Positions 10,038 through 19,660 of a DNA stretch of 64,000 bases are shown piece by piece; within the stretch, counting starts at the first letter, position 1; each line of letters opens with the position of its first letter. Where the stretch lies: contig JAIEMM010000012.1 of the NCBI GenBank assembly GCA_019752125.1, positions 3,437 to 67,436 of the forward strand, written 5' to 3'. The position numbers and the translations under genes were made by a program. Below the pieces are notes generated by a model, which was given only the letters and a program-made list of their open reading frames with translations, was not told the DNA's origin and did no database searches. The stretch comes from Patescibacteria group bacterium. Its GTDB lineage: Bacteria; Patescibacteriota; Minisyncoccia; Phycocordibacterales; SBAW01.

Positions 10038-12191
10038 ATGGCTGACACTAGAGACTACCCATTGGAGAAGGTTCGTAACTTCGGAATCATCGCGCACATC
10101 GATGCAGGCAAGACCACCACGTCTGAACGCATTTTGTATTACACCGGCTCACAGCACAAAATCGGCGAAGTGCACGATGGCGGAACCACCACCGACTGGA
10201 TGGAACAGGAAAAGGAGCGCGGTATCACTATCACTGCCGCTGCCATCACTTGTTTCTGGAGCCGCACCGACGAAGCAGATAAAAAAGATATCTCTAAGAA
10301 GTATCGCTTCAACATCATCGACACTCCTGGCCACATCGACTTTACCGTAGAAGTGAAGCGCTCAATGCGCGTACTCGACGGCGCAGTTTGCGTTTTCGAC
10401 GGCGTTGCCGGCGTAGAACCTCAGTCTGAAACAAACTGGCGCTATGCCGATGAAGCTAACGTGCCTCGCGTATGTTTTATCAACAAGCTCGACCGCATGG
10501 GCGCATCGTTTGAAAAATCGTACCAGTCTATTCTCGACCGCCTCACTAAGAATGCAGTTCGCATGCAGCTCCCAATTGGCGCAGAAGAAGCGCTTGCCGG
10601 CGTTGTCGACCTTCTTTCTATGAAGGCTTACAAGAACGAAGGAGCTATGGGAGACAATGTTGTCGAGATGGAAATCCCTGCAGCAATGATGGACGATGTT
10701 AAGAAATATCGCGCGGAGCTCATCGAAAAGATCGTTGAAAACGATGACCAGATGATGACCGACTACCTCGATGGCAAAGAGCCAACACTTGAAGCACTCA
10801 AGGCAACTCTCCGCAAAGCCGTTATCGCAAATAAAATTTTCCCGGTATATACCGGTTCAGCATTGAAGAACAAAGGCGTACAGCTTGTGCTCGACGCAGT
10901 TGTAGACTACTTGCCATCTCCTTTGGACATGCCGCCAGTTACAGGCACAGACCCTCGCACAGGTGAGCCAACAACTCGCACTGCGTCAGACTCTGAACCA
11001 TTCTGCGCACTCGCATTTAAACTCCAGGCAGACCCATTCGTCGGCCAGCTTACATTCTTCCGCGTGTATTCCGGTTCTATTGAAGCAGGTTCATATATCT
11101 ACAACTCAACAACGGGTTCAAAAGAACGCCTCGGCCGCATTGTGCGCCTCCAGGCAAACCAGCGCGAAGAAGTGAAGAAAGTGTATGCAGGTGAAATTGC
11201 AGCAGCAGTAGGTTTGAAGGACACAAAAACTTCTCACACGCTCTGCGATGAAGCAAATCCAATTGTCCTCGAACAAATTAAATTCCCTGAACCAGTTATC
11301 TCGCTCCGCATTGAACCTAAGACAAAAGCTGACCAGGAAAAAATGGGTATGGCTATGAAGAAGCTCGCAGACGAAGACCCAACCTTCCGCGTCTCGACTG
11401 ATACAGAAACAATGGAAACATTGATCTCAGGCATGGGTGAACTCCACTTGGAAATTTTGGTCGACCGCATGAAGCGCGAGTTCGGCGTTGAAGCAAACGT
11501 TGGTACGCCACAAGTTGCATACCGCGAAACAATTCTCCAGGAAGCAGAAGCAGAAGGTAAGTACGTCAAACAAACGGGAGGTAAGGGTCAGTACGGTCAC
11601 GTCCGTTTGCGCCTCAAACCGCTTGAACCGCTTGATCCTGAAAAGAAAATCGCAAAGAACATCACTCGCGAAGACCACTTCGAATTTATCAACAGCATTA
11701 AGGGAGGTGTTATTCCACAAGAATTCATCGGCCCAGTTGAAAAGGGTATCCGTGAAGCAATGGAGCGCGGTATCGTTGCCGGCTACAAGATGGTTGATAT
11801 CTCTGCAGAACTCTACGACGGTTCGTACCACGATGTGGACTCATCAGAAATTGCCTTCAAAATTGCAGCATCGATGGGCTTCCAGGATGCAGCTAAGGCA
11901 GCAAAGGCAGTATTGCTCGAGCCTATTATGAAAGTCGAAGTCGTTGTCCCAGAAAAATTCATGGGTGACGTTACTGGCTCTCTTTCAAGTAAGCGCGGTT
12001 CTATCGAAGGCATGGAAGAACGCGGTCTCGCACGCGCAGTTAAAGCAAAGGTGCCGCTTGCAGAAATGTTCAGCTACACCAGCGCACTCCGCTCTATGAC
12101 AGAAGGTCGCGGTTCGTTCACGATGGAATTCGACCACTACGAAGTCGTTCCGCCAAACGTTGCCGCTGAAATCATCGCCGCAAGAAAATAA
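10038..12191 (+). CDS. fusA: elongation factor G
   Basis: 717 aa, [10 protein letters not shown]-domain and full EF-G domain order. Confidence 0.95.
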   Translation: MADTRDYPLEKVRNFGIIAHIDAGKTTTSERILYYTGSQHKIGEVHDGGTTTDWMEQEKERGITITAAAITCFWSRTDEADKKDISKKYRFNIIDTPGHIDFTVEVKRSMRVLDGAVCVFDGVAGVEPQSETNWRYADEANVPRVCFINKLDRMGASFEKSYQSILDRLTKNAVRMQLPIGAEEALAGVVDLLSMKAYKNEGAMGDNVVEMEIPAAMMDDVKKYRAELIEKIVENDDQMMTDYLDGKEPTLEALKATLRKAVIANKIFPVYTGSALKNKGVQLVLDAVVDYLPSPLDMPPVTGTDPRTGEPTTRTASDSEPFCALAFKLQADPFVGQLTFFRVYSGSIEAGSYIYNSTTGSKERLGRIVRLQANQREEVKKVYAGEIAAAVGLKDTKTSHTLCDEANPIVLEQIKFPEPVISLRIEPKTKADQEKMGMAMKKLADEDPTFRVSTDTETMETLISGMGELHLEILVDRMKREFGVEANVGTPQVAYRETILQEAEAEGKYVKQTGGKGQYGHVRLRLKPLEPLDPEKKIAKNITREDHFEFINSIKGGVIPQEFIGPVEKGIREAMERGIVAGYKMVDISAELYDGSYHDVDSSEIAFKIAASMGFQDAAKAAKAVLLEPIMKVEVVVPEKFMGDVTGSLSSKRGSIEGMEERGLARAVKAKVPLAEMFSYTSALRSMTEGRGSFTMEFDHYEVVPPNVAAEIIAARK

Positions 12192-12239
12192 TTATCCCCA
12201 CACACTCGCTTGTGCGAGTAGTGAAGGAGACATAGAATC

Positions 12240-13922
12240 ATGAGTAACAGGGCATCCCGGAAACGGGACGCCCTTTCTCGTATTTATTTCCTTAATTTTA
12301 TAAAAAGTTCTATGACCATTCATCGTTTGTCGCGAATATTTGCACTCGGCAATTTTGCCCTCGCTGCTGGAGTGCTGTTGGCTATGGTGATTGTCTTGCA
12401 ATCGCCCGAGACATCGTTCGCGCAGACGACAGGTACGACTGCACAAAAATCTGGTTGTGTAGCGCCTTCGTTCTATTCTTTTAATGTGCCTCCCGCTGTC
12501 CTTAACTCTCCTTGGACCTTGCCGCTGCTTTCAACGTTAGATGGAACATATGCCCCAACAGTAACTGCCACGGGCTTGGCTCCAGGCATTGAACTTCAAG
12601 ATCAAAAATCCACTATTGCTGCAGGTGGCGCCTCTCTACACATTTGGGTGCTCACTGGCACGCCGTCCCAACTAGGGACATATACAATCACCGTTACGGC
12701 TCAAAATAGCTGTGGAGGATCCTCAGCCGTCGTTACGCTCCCAGTGAATAATTCAACAGCGGCGACAGGCAGCGCGTGTCCTTCTGGTACGACAGGCACA
12801 TATCCAAACTGTGCAACAGTCCCTACAAACACAGCGTTCGATAAGACGTCTCTAGTAACTTCTACCTCAAGTCCGACAATAACCGGCACGTCAAACACCG
12901 CCAAAGTTAGTTTGGAAGTAAAGAATACTGTAGGGAATGTATATACGAGTCCGCTTGTGTCAGTGTTGAACGGGCGCTGGGCTATTCCTCTTACAAATAT
13001 TTCCACAGGCACATACTCTCTTTCTCTCTACGGAGAAAACAATTTGTTACTGATTCTCGGGACGTTAATAGCCGCAATTCCTTCTACCTCTGGTTCGGTG
13101 CCACAAATTACGTCGCCGGTGTCATCTACGGCTGCCCCCTCTGTAACCGCTTGCGCGGATTTACCTACCGCAACCATGCAGATAGGAGGGCGGGGGACTG
13201 GTGTAACAAACCTCCAAAACTTCTTGATACAAAAAGGATTGCTTCCTGAAGGTTCGGCAACTGGTTATTTTGGCCCGCTGACACGTGCGGCAGTACAGCA
13301 ATTCCAATCCAGTGCAGGCATTGTCTCGTCGGGTGATGAGAAGACAACCGGCTTTGGTTTAGTTGGCGCACGAACTCGCTCCTTGATTGCATGTCAGGGG
13401 ACTGCTCCTACAAATAGCGCACAGCAACCTACACAACGCATAAGTTGCCCATTAGTTCCACAGCCTGTCTGTGGGGTGGGGGGCACTCTTATTCCTCTTG
13501 GGTTTGATAACAATGGATGTTCGCTTGGAAAGGTGTGCCAGATGCCCGTAGGTCAAACTCAAAACATATCGTGTCCAGTCGTAAAAAACCCTTCATGTCA
13601 GTATGGGACGCTCATATCACTCGGAACTGACTATGATGGATGCTCGCTAGGTTCTTACTGCCAGCCGGCTCAATGTAGCTACATACAACAGATTACGTCT
13701 TGCCCTGCAGGACAAACTCTCGTGTCTGGGACCGACCAGTACGGTTGCCCAAACGTTTCATATTGTTCCGGCGGCTCTTCAGCTACATCCAGCGTCCCTG
13801 TCCCGGGAACCACGTGCCTCCAATCTGCGTACCAAGTGGCCAATTGCCCAGCGGGATATCATTCATCGTCCATAAACGACCTTAACGGTTGCCCTATGGC
13901 ACCTTTGTGCGTTCCAAACTAG
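12240..13922 (+). CDS. secreted/membrane-anchored protein: putative Ig-like domain + peptidoglycan-binding (PG_binding_1-like) domain + four Cys-rich repeats
   Basis: RBS gaaggaga upstream; N-terminal hydrophobic anchor; GVTNLQNFLIQKGLL...GYFGPLTRAAVQQFQ PG-binding motif; four tandem C-P..C..GTLI.LG.D..GCSLG..C modules. Confidence 0.6.
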   Translation: MSNRASRKRDALSRIYFLNFIKSSMTIHRLSRIFALGNFALAAGVLLAMVIVLQSPETSFAQTTGTTAQKSGCVAPSFYSFNVPPAVLNSPWTLPLLSTLDGTYAPTVTATGLAPGIELQDQKSTIAAGGASLHIWVLTGTPSQLGTYTITVTAQNSCGGSSAVVTLPVNNSTAATGSACPSGTTGTYPNCATVPTNTAFDKTSLVTSTSSPTITGTSNTAKVSLEVKNTVGNVYTSPLVSVLNGRWAIPLTNISTGTYSLSLYGENNLLLILGTLIAAIPSTSGSVPQITSPVSSTAAPSVTACADLPTATMQIGGRGTGVTNLQNFLIQKGLLPEGSATGYFGPLTRAAVQQFQSSAGIVSSGDEKTTGFGLVGARTRSLIACQGTAPTNSAQQPTQRISCPLVPQPVCGVGGTLIPLGFDNNGCSLGKVCQMPVGQTQNISCPVVKNPSCQYGTLISLGTDYDGCSLGSYCQPAQCSYIQQITSCPAGQTLVSGTDQYGCPNVSYCSGGSSATSSVPVPGTTCLQSAYQVANCPAGYHSSSINDLNGCPMAPLCVPN

Positions 13923-13931
13923 CCCCGCCAG

Positions 13932-13959
13932 TTGCGTTTTTGTAGTGCTTTGCTACTAT
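13932..13959 (+). promoter_or_regulatory. candidate sigma70-type promoter for tuf (TTGCGT-N16-TACTAT)
   Basis: Hexamer match by eye ~75 nt upstream of tuf ATG. Confidence 0.45.
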
Positions 13960-14032
13960 GGCTCTAACACGTACAAAAGCCGTGTTTGGCTGTGCTTAAT
14001 TATTGTGTAATTAGTATTTAACCCATTTTTGT

Positions 14033-15226
14033 ATGGCAACATTTGACAGACAAAAGCCGCACATGAACGTCGGCACCATTGGTCACGTCGACCACGGAAA
14101 AACAACGCTCACTGCGTCTATCCTCCACACCCTCGACATGCTCAAGGCAGAGGGCTACAGCTCTCGCGTTGAAGGAGTTGACGGTATCGACAACGCTCCT
14201 GAAGAAAAGGCGCGCGGTATTACTATCGCTCTCCACCACTCGGAATATGAGTCGCCAAAGCGCCACTATGCGCACATCGACGCTCCGGGCCACGCAGACT
14301 ACATTAAGAACATGATCACCGGTGCCGCTCAAATGGACGGCGCAGTGCTCGTAGTTGCTGCAACTGACGGCGTTATGCCCCAGACTCGTGAACACATCCT
14401 TCTTGCAAAGCAGGTTGGTGTGCCTAAGATCATCTGCTTCCTCAACAAAGTAGACATGGTTGATGACAAGGATCTCGTAGACCTCGTCGAAGAAGAAGTC
14501 AAAGAAGCTCTTGCAAAACAAGGCTACGCTGACGCTCCAGTTATCAAGGGTTCAGGTCTCAAGGCTCTTGAAAGCACTGACGTAAGCAGCGAATGGTCTC
14601 AGAAGGTTAAAGACCTTATCGACACCATGGACAGCTACTTCCCAGACCCAGTCCGCGAAACTGACAAGCCATTCCTTATGCCTATCGAAGACATCTTCTC
14701 TATTGAAGGTCGCGGTACGGTAGTTACAGGCCGCATTGAACGCGGTTCAGTCAAAGTAGGTGAAGAAATCGAAATCATCGGTCTCGTTCCAACTACTAAG
14801 ACCACTGTCACTGGTATCGAAATGTTCAACAAACAGCTCGAATCTGGTATGGCAGGCGACAACGCAGGTATCTTGCTCCGCGGTACAAAGAAGGAAGACA
14901 TCCACCGTGGTCAGGTTCTTGCAAAGTCAGGCTCAGTAACTCCTCACACAGACTTTGAAGCAGAAATTTACGTCCTTACAAAGGATGAAGGTGGTCGTCA
15001 CACACCATTCTTCACCGGCTACAAGCCTCAGTTCTACGTTCGTACTACGGACGTAACTGGCGAAGTAACCCTTCCTGCAGGCGTAGAAATGGTTATGCCA
15101 GGCGACACGGTTACCTTTAAGGTAAAACTTACAGCACCAGTTGCGCTTGAAGAGAAGACTCGTTTCGCAGTCCGCGAAGGCGGTAAGACCGTCGGCGCAG
15201 GTGTCGTTACAAAGATCGTTGCGTAA
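14033..15226 (+). CDS. tuf: elongation factor Tu
   Basis: [17 protein letters not shown] and full EF-Tu length. Confidence 0.95.
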   Translation: MATFDRQKPHMNVGTIGHVDHGKTTLTASILHTLDMLKAEGYSSRVEGVDGIDNAPEEKARGITIALHHSEYESPKRHYAHIDAPGHADYIKNMITGAAQMDGAVLVVAATDGVMPQTREHILLAKQVGVPKIICFLNKVDMVDDKDLVDLVEEEVKEALAKQGYADAPVIKGSGLKALESTDVSSEWSQKVKDLIDTMDSYFPDPVRETDKPFLMPIEDIFSIEGRGTVVTGRIERGSVKVGEEIEIIGLVPTTKTTVTGIEMFNKQLESGMAGDNAGILLRGTKKEDIHRGQVLAKSGSVTPHTDFEAEIYVLTKDEGGRHTPFFTGYKPQFYVRTTDVTGEVTLPAGVEMVMPGDTVTFKVKLTAPVALEEKTRFAVREGGKTVGAGVVTKIVA

Positions 15227-15262
15227 TCACTTATTGGAGTAAGCTAATCAAGGTATAGGTTA

Positions 15263-15290
15263 CCCCTCTCCGCCAGCTGGCGGAGAGGGG
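15263..15290. promoter_or_regulatory. perfect 28-nt palindrome downstream of tuf (CCCCTCTCCGCC-AGCT-GGCGGAGAGGGG)
   Basis: Perfect 12-bp arms around AGCT; no T-run, so attenuator/processing or protein-binding site rather than a classical terminator. Confidence 0.5.
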
Positions 15291-15309
15291 AGAACTAGAC
15301 CAAACAACT

Positions 15310-15681
15310 ATGGCTACCGAAGAAATAAAAAAAGCACCAGCCAAGCGTGCAAAGAAGACTGCAGCTCCGGCCGCAGTCCAGAAGCTCCGCATTAAAGTGC
15401 GCGCATACGAGCACAAAGTGCTTGATGCGTCAGTTCGCCAGATTATGGACACCGCACTTCGCTACGATGCGAAGATCGCAGGCCCAATACCTCTGCCAAC
15501 TGAGATCAAAAAGTACACCGTCAACCGCTCAACCTTCGTCTACAAAGACGCACGCGAACAGTTCGAGATGCGTATCCACAAGCGCGTGATCGACATCCTT
15601 GAACCAAACGCAAAGGTTATCGAAGCTCTCACCAATCTCTCACTCCCATCTGGCGTGACGATCGAGGTGAAGATGGTCTAA
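15310..15681 (+). CDS. rpsJ: 30S ribosomal protein S10 with Lys/Ala-rich N-terminal extension
   Basis: LRIKVRAYEHKVLDASVRQIM...core S10; ~20 extra N-terminal residues. Confidence 0.9.
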   Translation: MATEEIKKAPAKRAKKTAAPAAVQKLRIKVRAYEHKVLDASVRQIMDTALRYDAKIAGPIPLPTEIKKYTVNRSTFVYKDAREQFEMRIHKRVIDILEPNAKVIEALTNLSLPSGVTIEVKMV

Positions 15682-15699
15682 TCAACAATCAAGTCGAAA

Positions 15700-15742
15700 A
15701 GAAAAAAAGAACTCCTCCACTCCGGGGGAGTTCTTTTTATTT
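15700..15742 (+). terminator. rho-independent terminator after rpsJ
   Basis: gaactcc...ggagttc hairpin followed by tttttattt. Confidence 0.75.
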
Positions 15743-15909
15743 ATCCACTTGAAGTAATAATTTTTTCTTATATACTTAGAAAAAGTTGCTCATTGGTTAG
15801 TTTGTTCGCGATCGCACTTGTTTTGAAACGATTTCTGCCTGATATCATGAATCGGGTTTTTTGTTTGGAGCGTTTTGTAGGAGACTACGCCCCGAGCAAA
15901 GAAATTCTA

Positions 15910-15946
15910 CGAAAAACCTCTCTACGGCCGTAGAGAGGTTTTTCGT
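15910..15946. promoter_or_regulatory. perfect palindrome cgaaaaacctctctacgg/ccgtagagaggtttttcg in rpsJ-rplC spacer
   Basis: 18-bp perfect arms with A/T runs on both sides (bidirectional terminator-like). Confidence 0.5.
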
Positions 15947-15954
15947 ACCTGTAT

Positions 15955-15983
15955 TTGCATAAAATAGCGACCCCGTGTATAGT
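15955..15983 (+). promoter_or_regulatory. candidate promoter for rplC operon (TTGCAT-N17-TATAGT)
   Basis: Near-consensus hexamers with 17-nt spacer ~70 nt upstream of rplC. Confidence 0.55.
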
Positions 15984-16053
15984 CTTGTGGACTCTTACAT
16001 AAGGAGTTGATCCATGTCCCGGGCACCGGCGCCCAGAGGGACCACTAGACAAC

Positions 16054-16677
16054 ATGAAGTTTATACTCGGAACAAAGCAACACATGGTTACCGTCTTTGA
16101 TGAAGGCGGTATTGCGCATGCGGCAACTATCATCGTTGCTCAGCCTGCGGTTATAACCCAGCTCAAAACTAAGGAAAAAGAAGGCTATAACGCCGTTCAG
16201 ATTGGTTCAGGCGAGGTTAAAGAAGGCCGTGCTAACAAGGCACAGGTTGGCCACGCTAAGGGCAAGTCACTCAAGAACTTTAAAGAAATTCGCCAGCGCG
16301 ACGGCAAGCTCCCAGAGGGTGTCGAAGTTGGTGGAACTATCGACGTGACTGTATTTACAGCAGGCGAGAAGGTGCAGGTATCTGCAATCTCAAAGGCAAA
16401 GGGTTTCCAGGGTGTTATCAAACGCCATGGCTTCCACGGTGGCCCTCGTTCTCACGGTCAGAAGCACTCTGAACGCGCACCAGGTTCTATCGGCGGTTCA
16501 GGCGGTCGCGCAGGCGGTCGTGTGGCCAAGGGTATGCGCATGGCAGGCCGCATGGGTGGCGACCGTGTTACAGTTCGAAATCTCGCAATCTTGCAGGTAC
16601 ACCCTGAAACAAACGAAATCGTCATCGCAGGTGCCGTCCCAGGCCGCCGCGGTACGCTCGTAGAAATTCGCGGCTAA
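16054..16677 (+). CDS. rplC: 50S ribosomal protein L3
   Basis: 207 aa, L3 signature. Confidence 0.95.
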   Translation: MKFILGTKQHMVTVFDEGGIAHAATIIVAQPAVITQLKTKEKEGYNAVQIGSGEVKEGRANKAQVGHAKGKSLKNFKEIRQRDGKLPEGVEVGGTIDVTVFTAGEKVQVSAISKAKGFQGVIKRHGFHGGPRSHGQKHSERAPGSIGGSGGRAGGRVAKGMRMAGRMGGDRVTVRNLAILQVHPETNEIVIAGAVPGRRGTLVEIRG

Positions 16678-16686
16678 TACAATTTT

Positions 16687-17355
16687 ATGGAAGCACCACT
16701 TTACAACATCAAAGGCGAAAAGAAGGGAACAGTCACGATCCCTGAAAACATTTTCGGTTTGCCATTTAATGCAGACCTTCTTCACAGTGTCGTAACTGCG
16801 ATGCAGGCAAATGCCCGCACACCGGTTGCGCACGTAAAGACTCGCGGTGAAGTTCGTGGCGGCGGTAAGAAGCCATGGCAGCAGAAGGGAACTGGCCGCG
16901 CACGTCACGGTTCATCTCGTTCTCCAATTTGGCGCGGCGGCGGTGTTACTCACGGCCCACGCAATGAAAAGAGCTACGCTCAGAAGATCAACCGCCAAGC
17001 TCGCCAGAAGGCATTGCTTGTAGCACTCTCACGCAAGTGGAAAGATGGTGAAATTATCTTTGTCGATAATCTTGAAATGGCAGCACCTAGAACTGCTGAA
17101 GCAAAGAACATCATTGCAAACCTCGGCAAGGCAGGGCTTGTTATGAAGAAGAAGTACAACGGTGCACTCATTGCACTTCCTGAACGCCACACCGCAACAG
17201 TAAAAAGCTTTGCAAACATTGGTAACGTCAACGTCGAAGAAGTTCGCACGCTCAACCCAGTCAACGTACTTTCGAGCAAATACCTCATCATCGCAAACCC
17301 TGAAGCCGCATTTGTAACCCTCGGCAGCAAGCGTGTCGTAAAGAAAGACAAATAG
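16687..17355 (+). CDS. rplD: 50S ribosomal protein L4
   Basis: 222 aa, L4 signature. Confidence 0.95.
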   Translation: MEAPLYNIKGEKKGTVTIPENIFGLPFNADLLHSVVTAMQANARTPVAHVKTRGEVRGGGKKPWQQKGTGRARHGSSRSPIWRGGGVTHGPRNEKSYAQKINRQARQKALLVALSRKWKDGEIIFVDNLEMAAPRTAEAKNIIANLGKAGLVMKKKYNGALIALPERHTATVKSFANIGNVNVEEVRTLNPVNVLSSKYLIIANPEAAFVTLGSKRVVKKDK

Positions 17356-17356
17356 T

Positions 17357-17644
17357 ATGAAAAAGCACCCTGGACACATAATCATCTCTCCGCGCATCAC
17401 TGAAAAAGGCGCATACATGAGCGAAAGCGGCGTCTACGTCTTTAACGTTGCAAACACTGCAAATAAGAAGGAAATCGCAGAGGCTATCACCGAGCTTTTT
17501 AAAGTAACTCCACGTTCAGTTCGCGTTGCGCACATCCCACGCAAGCAGGTTATGACACGCAACACGAACCGCAAGGGTATGACTGCAGGCGGCAAGAAGG
17601 CCTATGTCTACCTTAAGAAGGGAGATAAGATCGAGATCGTGTAA
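17357..17644 (+). CDS. rplW: 50S ribosomal protein L23
   Basis: 95 aa L23. Confidence 0.9.
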   Translation: MKKHPGHIIISPRITEKGAYMSESGVYVFNVANTANKKEIAEAITELFKVTPRSVRVAHIPRKQVMTRNTNRKGMTAGGKKAYVYLKKGDKIEIV

Positions 17645-17660
17645 TTTCTAAGACACCATT

Positions 17661-18509
17661 ATGAAATCCTATAAACCATACACAAAATCGCGTCGCCACA
17701 TGACTGGCATCAACTTCCGTGAGAAGTTGTCGGGCCACGCGCCATTTAAGGCTCTTACCACGGGAGGTAAGCGTTCAGTTGGTCGCAACAATGCGGGCCG
17801 CATCAGCGTTCGCCACAAAGGAGGTGGGCACAAGCGCCTCTACCGCGAAGTGGATTTCACATACAAAAAATTGGTTCCTGCGGTTATTGAAACTATCGAA
17901 TACGATCCAAACCGCTCAGGCTTTATCGGCCTCGCACTCTACAAAGATGGTGAGCGCCGCTACATGCTTTTGCCAGGTAGTGCAAAGGTGGGGGACACGA
18001 TCCAGACTGGTGAAAACGTTCCTGCACTCCCGGGTAACCGCATGCCTCTTAAGGATATGCCTATCGGTGCCTTTGTATACAATGTAGAAATTAAGCCAGG
18101 TAACGGTGGCAAACTTGGCCGCTCAGCAGGTACTCATATCGAACTTATCGCTCGTGACCAAGGCTACGCAGACTTGAAGATGCCTTCTTCAGAAGTCCGC
18201 AAAGTTCTCGACACGTGTTACGCAACTCTTGGTGAAGTGTCTAACGATGAACACCACTTGGTTGTTGTTGGTAAGGCGGGCCGTTCGCGCTGGATGGGTA
18301 TTCGCCCAACAGTCCGCGGTACTGCGATGAACCCAGTAGACCACCCACACGGCGGCGGTGAAGGCCGTCAGGGTCGCGGTCTCCGCCGCGCAAAGTCTGC
18401 GTGGGGTAAACCAACCGGTAAGGGTCAGAAGACTCGTACTCCGAAGAAGTACTCAAACTACCTCATCGTTTCTCGCCGAAAGGTTGGTAAGAGAGGCAGC
18501 GCACAGTAA
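17661..18509 (+). CDS. rplB: 50S ribosomal protein L2
   Basis: 282 aa L2 (GGGHKRLYR...HPHGGGEG). Confidence 0.95.
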   Translation: MKSYKPYTKSRRHMTGINFREKLSGHAPFKALTTGGKRSVGRNNAGRISVRHKGGGHKRLYREVDFTYKKLVPAVIETIEYDPNRSGFIGLALYKDGERRYMLLPGSAKVGDTIQTGENVPALPGNRMPLKDMPIGAFVYNVEIKPGNGGKLGRSAGTHIELIARDQGYADLKMPSSEVRKVLDTCYATLGEVSNDEHHLVVVGKAGRSRWMGIRPTVRGTAMNPVDHPHGGGEGRQGRGLRRAKSAWGKPTGKGQKTRTPKKYSNYLIVSRRKVGKRGSAQ

Positions 18510-18530
18510 AACCAAACTCAATAAAAAAAT

Positions 18531-18566
18531 AAAAACTCTCGCCTCACGGCGGGAGTTTTGTTTCTT
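18531..18566 (+). terminator. rho-independent terminator after rplB
   Basis: ctcgcc-tcac-ggcggg stem then ttttgttt. Confidence 0.65.
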
Positions 18567-18589
18567 GCTCTTTGGAGAAAATATCCTAT

Positions 18590-18820
18590 AGTAACGCCTA
18601 GATAGTTCGGGGCCACACTCTACGCTAATGCTGGGATGCCTAGAATTGAAGGTATATGGAGGCCCCACCGTCCTTCGTGTTCCTTGTCCTTCGGCCAGCC
18701 GGGACCAGGGTGCCCGTAATCGCTATGCAGACAGACTCTTGGAACGGTATGTGTGTTGGAAATAGCGAACCCAGATTTTTCAGTTTTGCCTGCCTAGTCC
18801 TTTAGGCAGGTTTTTCTTTT
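18590..18820 (+). ncRNA. candidate small RNA / structured transcript ending in a + strand terminator (18789-18820)
   Basis: ~200 nt non-coding stretch after the rplB terminator, ending in cctgcct...aggcagg + T-run; no family recognised by eye. Confidence 0.25.
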
Positions 18821-18821
18821 G

Positions 18822-18851
18822 TAAAAAAGAAATCCCCGCTGCAGGGCGGGG
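18822..18851 (-). terminator. minus-strand terminator (ccccgc..gcgggg + T-run) after gene 18854-19198
   Basis: Hairpin immediately 3' of the minus-strand stop; near-identical copy at 19259-19287. Confidence 0.6.
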
Positions 18852-18853
18852 GT

Positions 18854-19198
18854 TTAATAGTCGTAGGAGGCGAGCTTGTCGAGGAATTTCATCAGATCGG
18901 AAACATATTCCTTGCCTAATGGAATGCTCGCAGATTCCGTCTCCTCTTTCATGGGATCTTCGTAGCACAGCTTCAGCGACTGGCCGTCGATGTAGACCTT
19001 CAGGTAAATCAGTGTGCTTGGTTTCCCCGGACTATCTTCATCCAGGAATCCAACCTGCACAGCTTCGACCTCGAGGTCGGGGTACAGAGGATGGGAGATC
19101 ATAGAGCACCAAATTCCCAAACCCTTTTTATAGCTAAGCCGTTGTTGCGTTTTTCGGTGGATATCTCCGAAAACGGCTTCAGCAACTTCATACGCCAT
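18854..19198 (-). CDS. hypothetical protein (114 aa), antisense insertion in r-protein cluster
   Basis: ATG with RBS gggaga; own terminator; no recognisable domain. Confidence 0.45.
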   Translation of the reverse strand: MAYEVAEAVFGDIHRKTQQRLSYKKGLGIWCSMISHPLYPDLEVEAVQVGFLDEDSPGKPSTLIYLKVYIDGQSLKLCYEDPMKEETESASIPLGKEYVSDLMKFLDKLASYDY

Positions 19199-19258
19199 AG
19201 AGCAATCTCCCGCGTTATGATTGCCATCTATTCTAGATATAAAAAGTTGTCACTGCAA

Positions 19259-19287
19259 GTAAAAGAAATCCCCGCTGCAGGGCGGGG
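19259..19287 (-). terminator. minus-strand terminator after gene 19297-19500
   Basis: Same aaaagaaatccccgctgcagggcgggg module as 18822-18851. Confidence 0.6.
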
Positions 19288-19296
19288 AAGGGTGTT

Positions 19297-19500
19297 TCAG
19301 GACAGCTCTTGAAGCTGTCTCTTCATGTGGCCACGCAGGTCAGCCTCGAGAGCCTGGGAAGTTGCGGTAACCCAGCACTCGACAAACTCGGCCTCTGTCT
19401 GTTCGCTGAACGGCTTGTACAGGCCGGCGCCCTTGTCGAGACCTTCAAGGTCTTGTGATACGGTCGCCTTTGAAATTGCAACTTCAGGTGCGTCAGTCAT
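19297..19500 (-). CDS. hypothetical small acidic protein (67 aa)
   Basis: Internal ATG 19500 has RBS aggaggg 8 nt upstream; own terminator; no recognisable domain. Confidence 0.4.
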   Translation of the reverse strand: MTDAPEVAISKATVSQDLEGLDKGAGLYKPFSEQTEAEFVECWVTATSQALEADLRGHMKRQLQELS

Positions 19501-19660
19501 CGGTCCTGCCCTCCTTCTAGGCTCTAGTATAGCGCACAGCACACCTGCCGGTAGACAGGTTTGACTCATAAGAGCCTACCTGCTAGTATCTCTGTACTTC
19601 CGTGCCGCAAGGTCTAGCCGCTCTTTGGCTACGACGGGCAGGGAATTTAATTTTGGAAAG

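Noticed and set aside
11427-11831. 134-aa minus-strand ORF
   Set aside because: Antisense within fusA.
18690-18760. Weak resemblance (cagggtgcccgtaatcgc) to the RNase P RNA P10-P12 region
   Set aside because: Other universally conserved RNase P motifs (GGAAAGTCCGGGCTCC, ACAGAAMCCGGCTTA) are absent and the locus is too short; kept only as a generic sRNA candidate.
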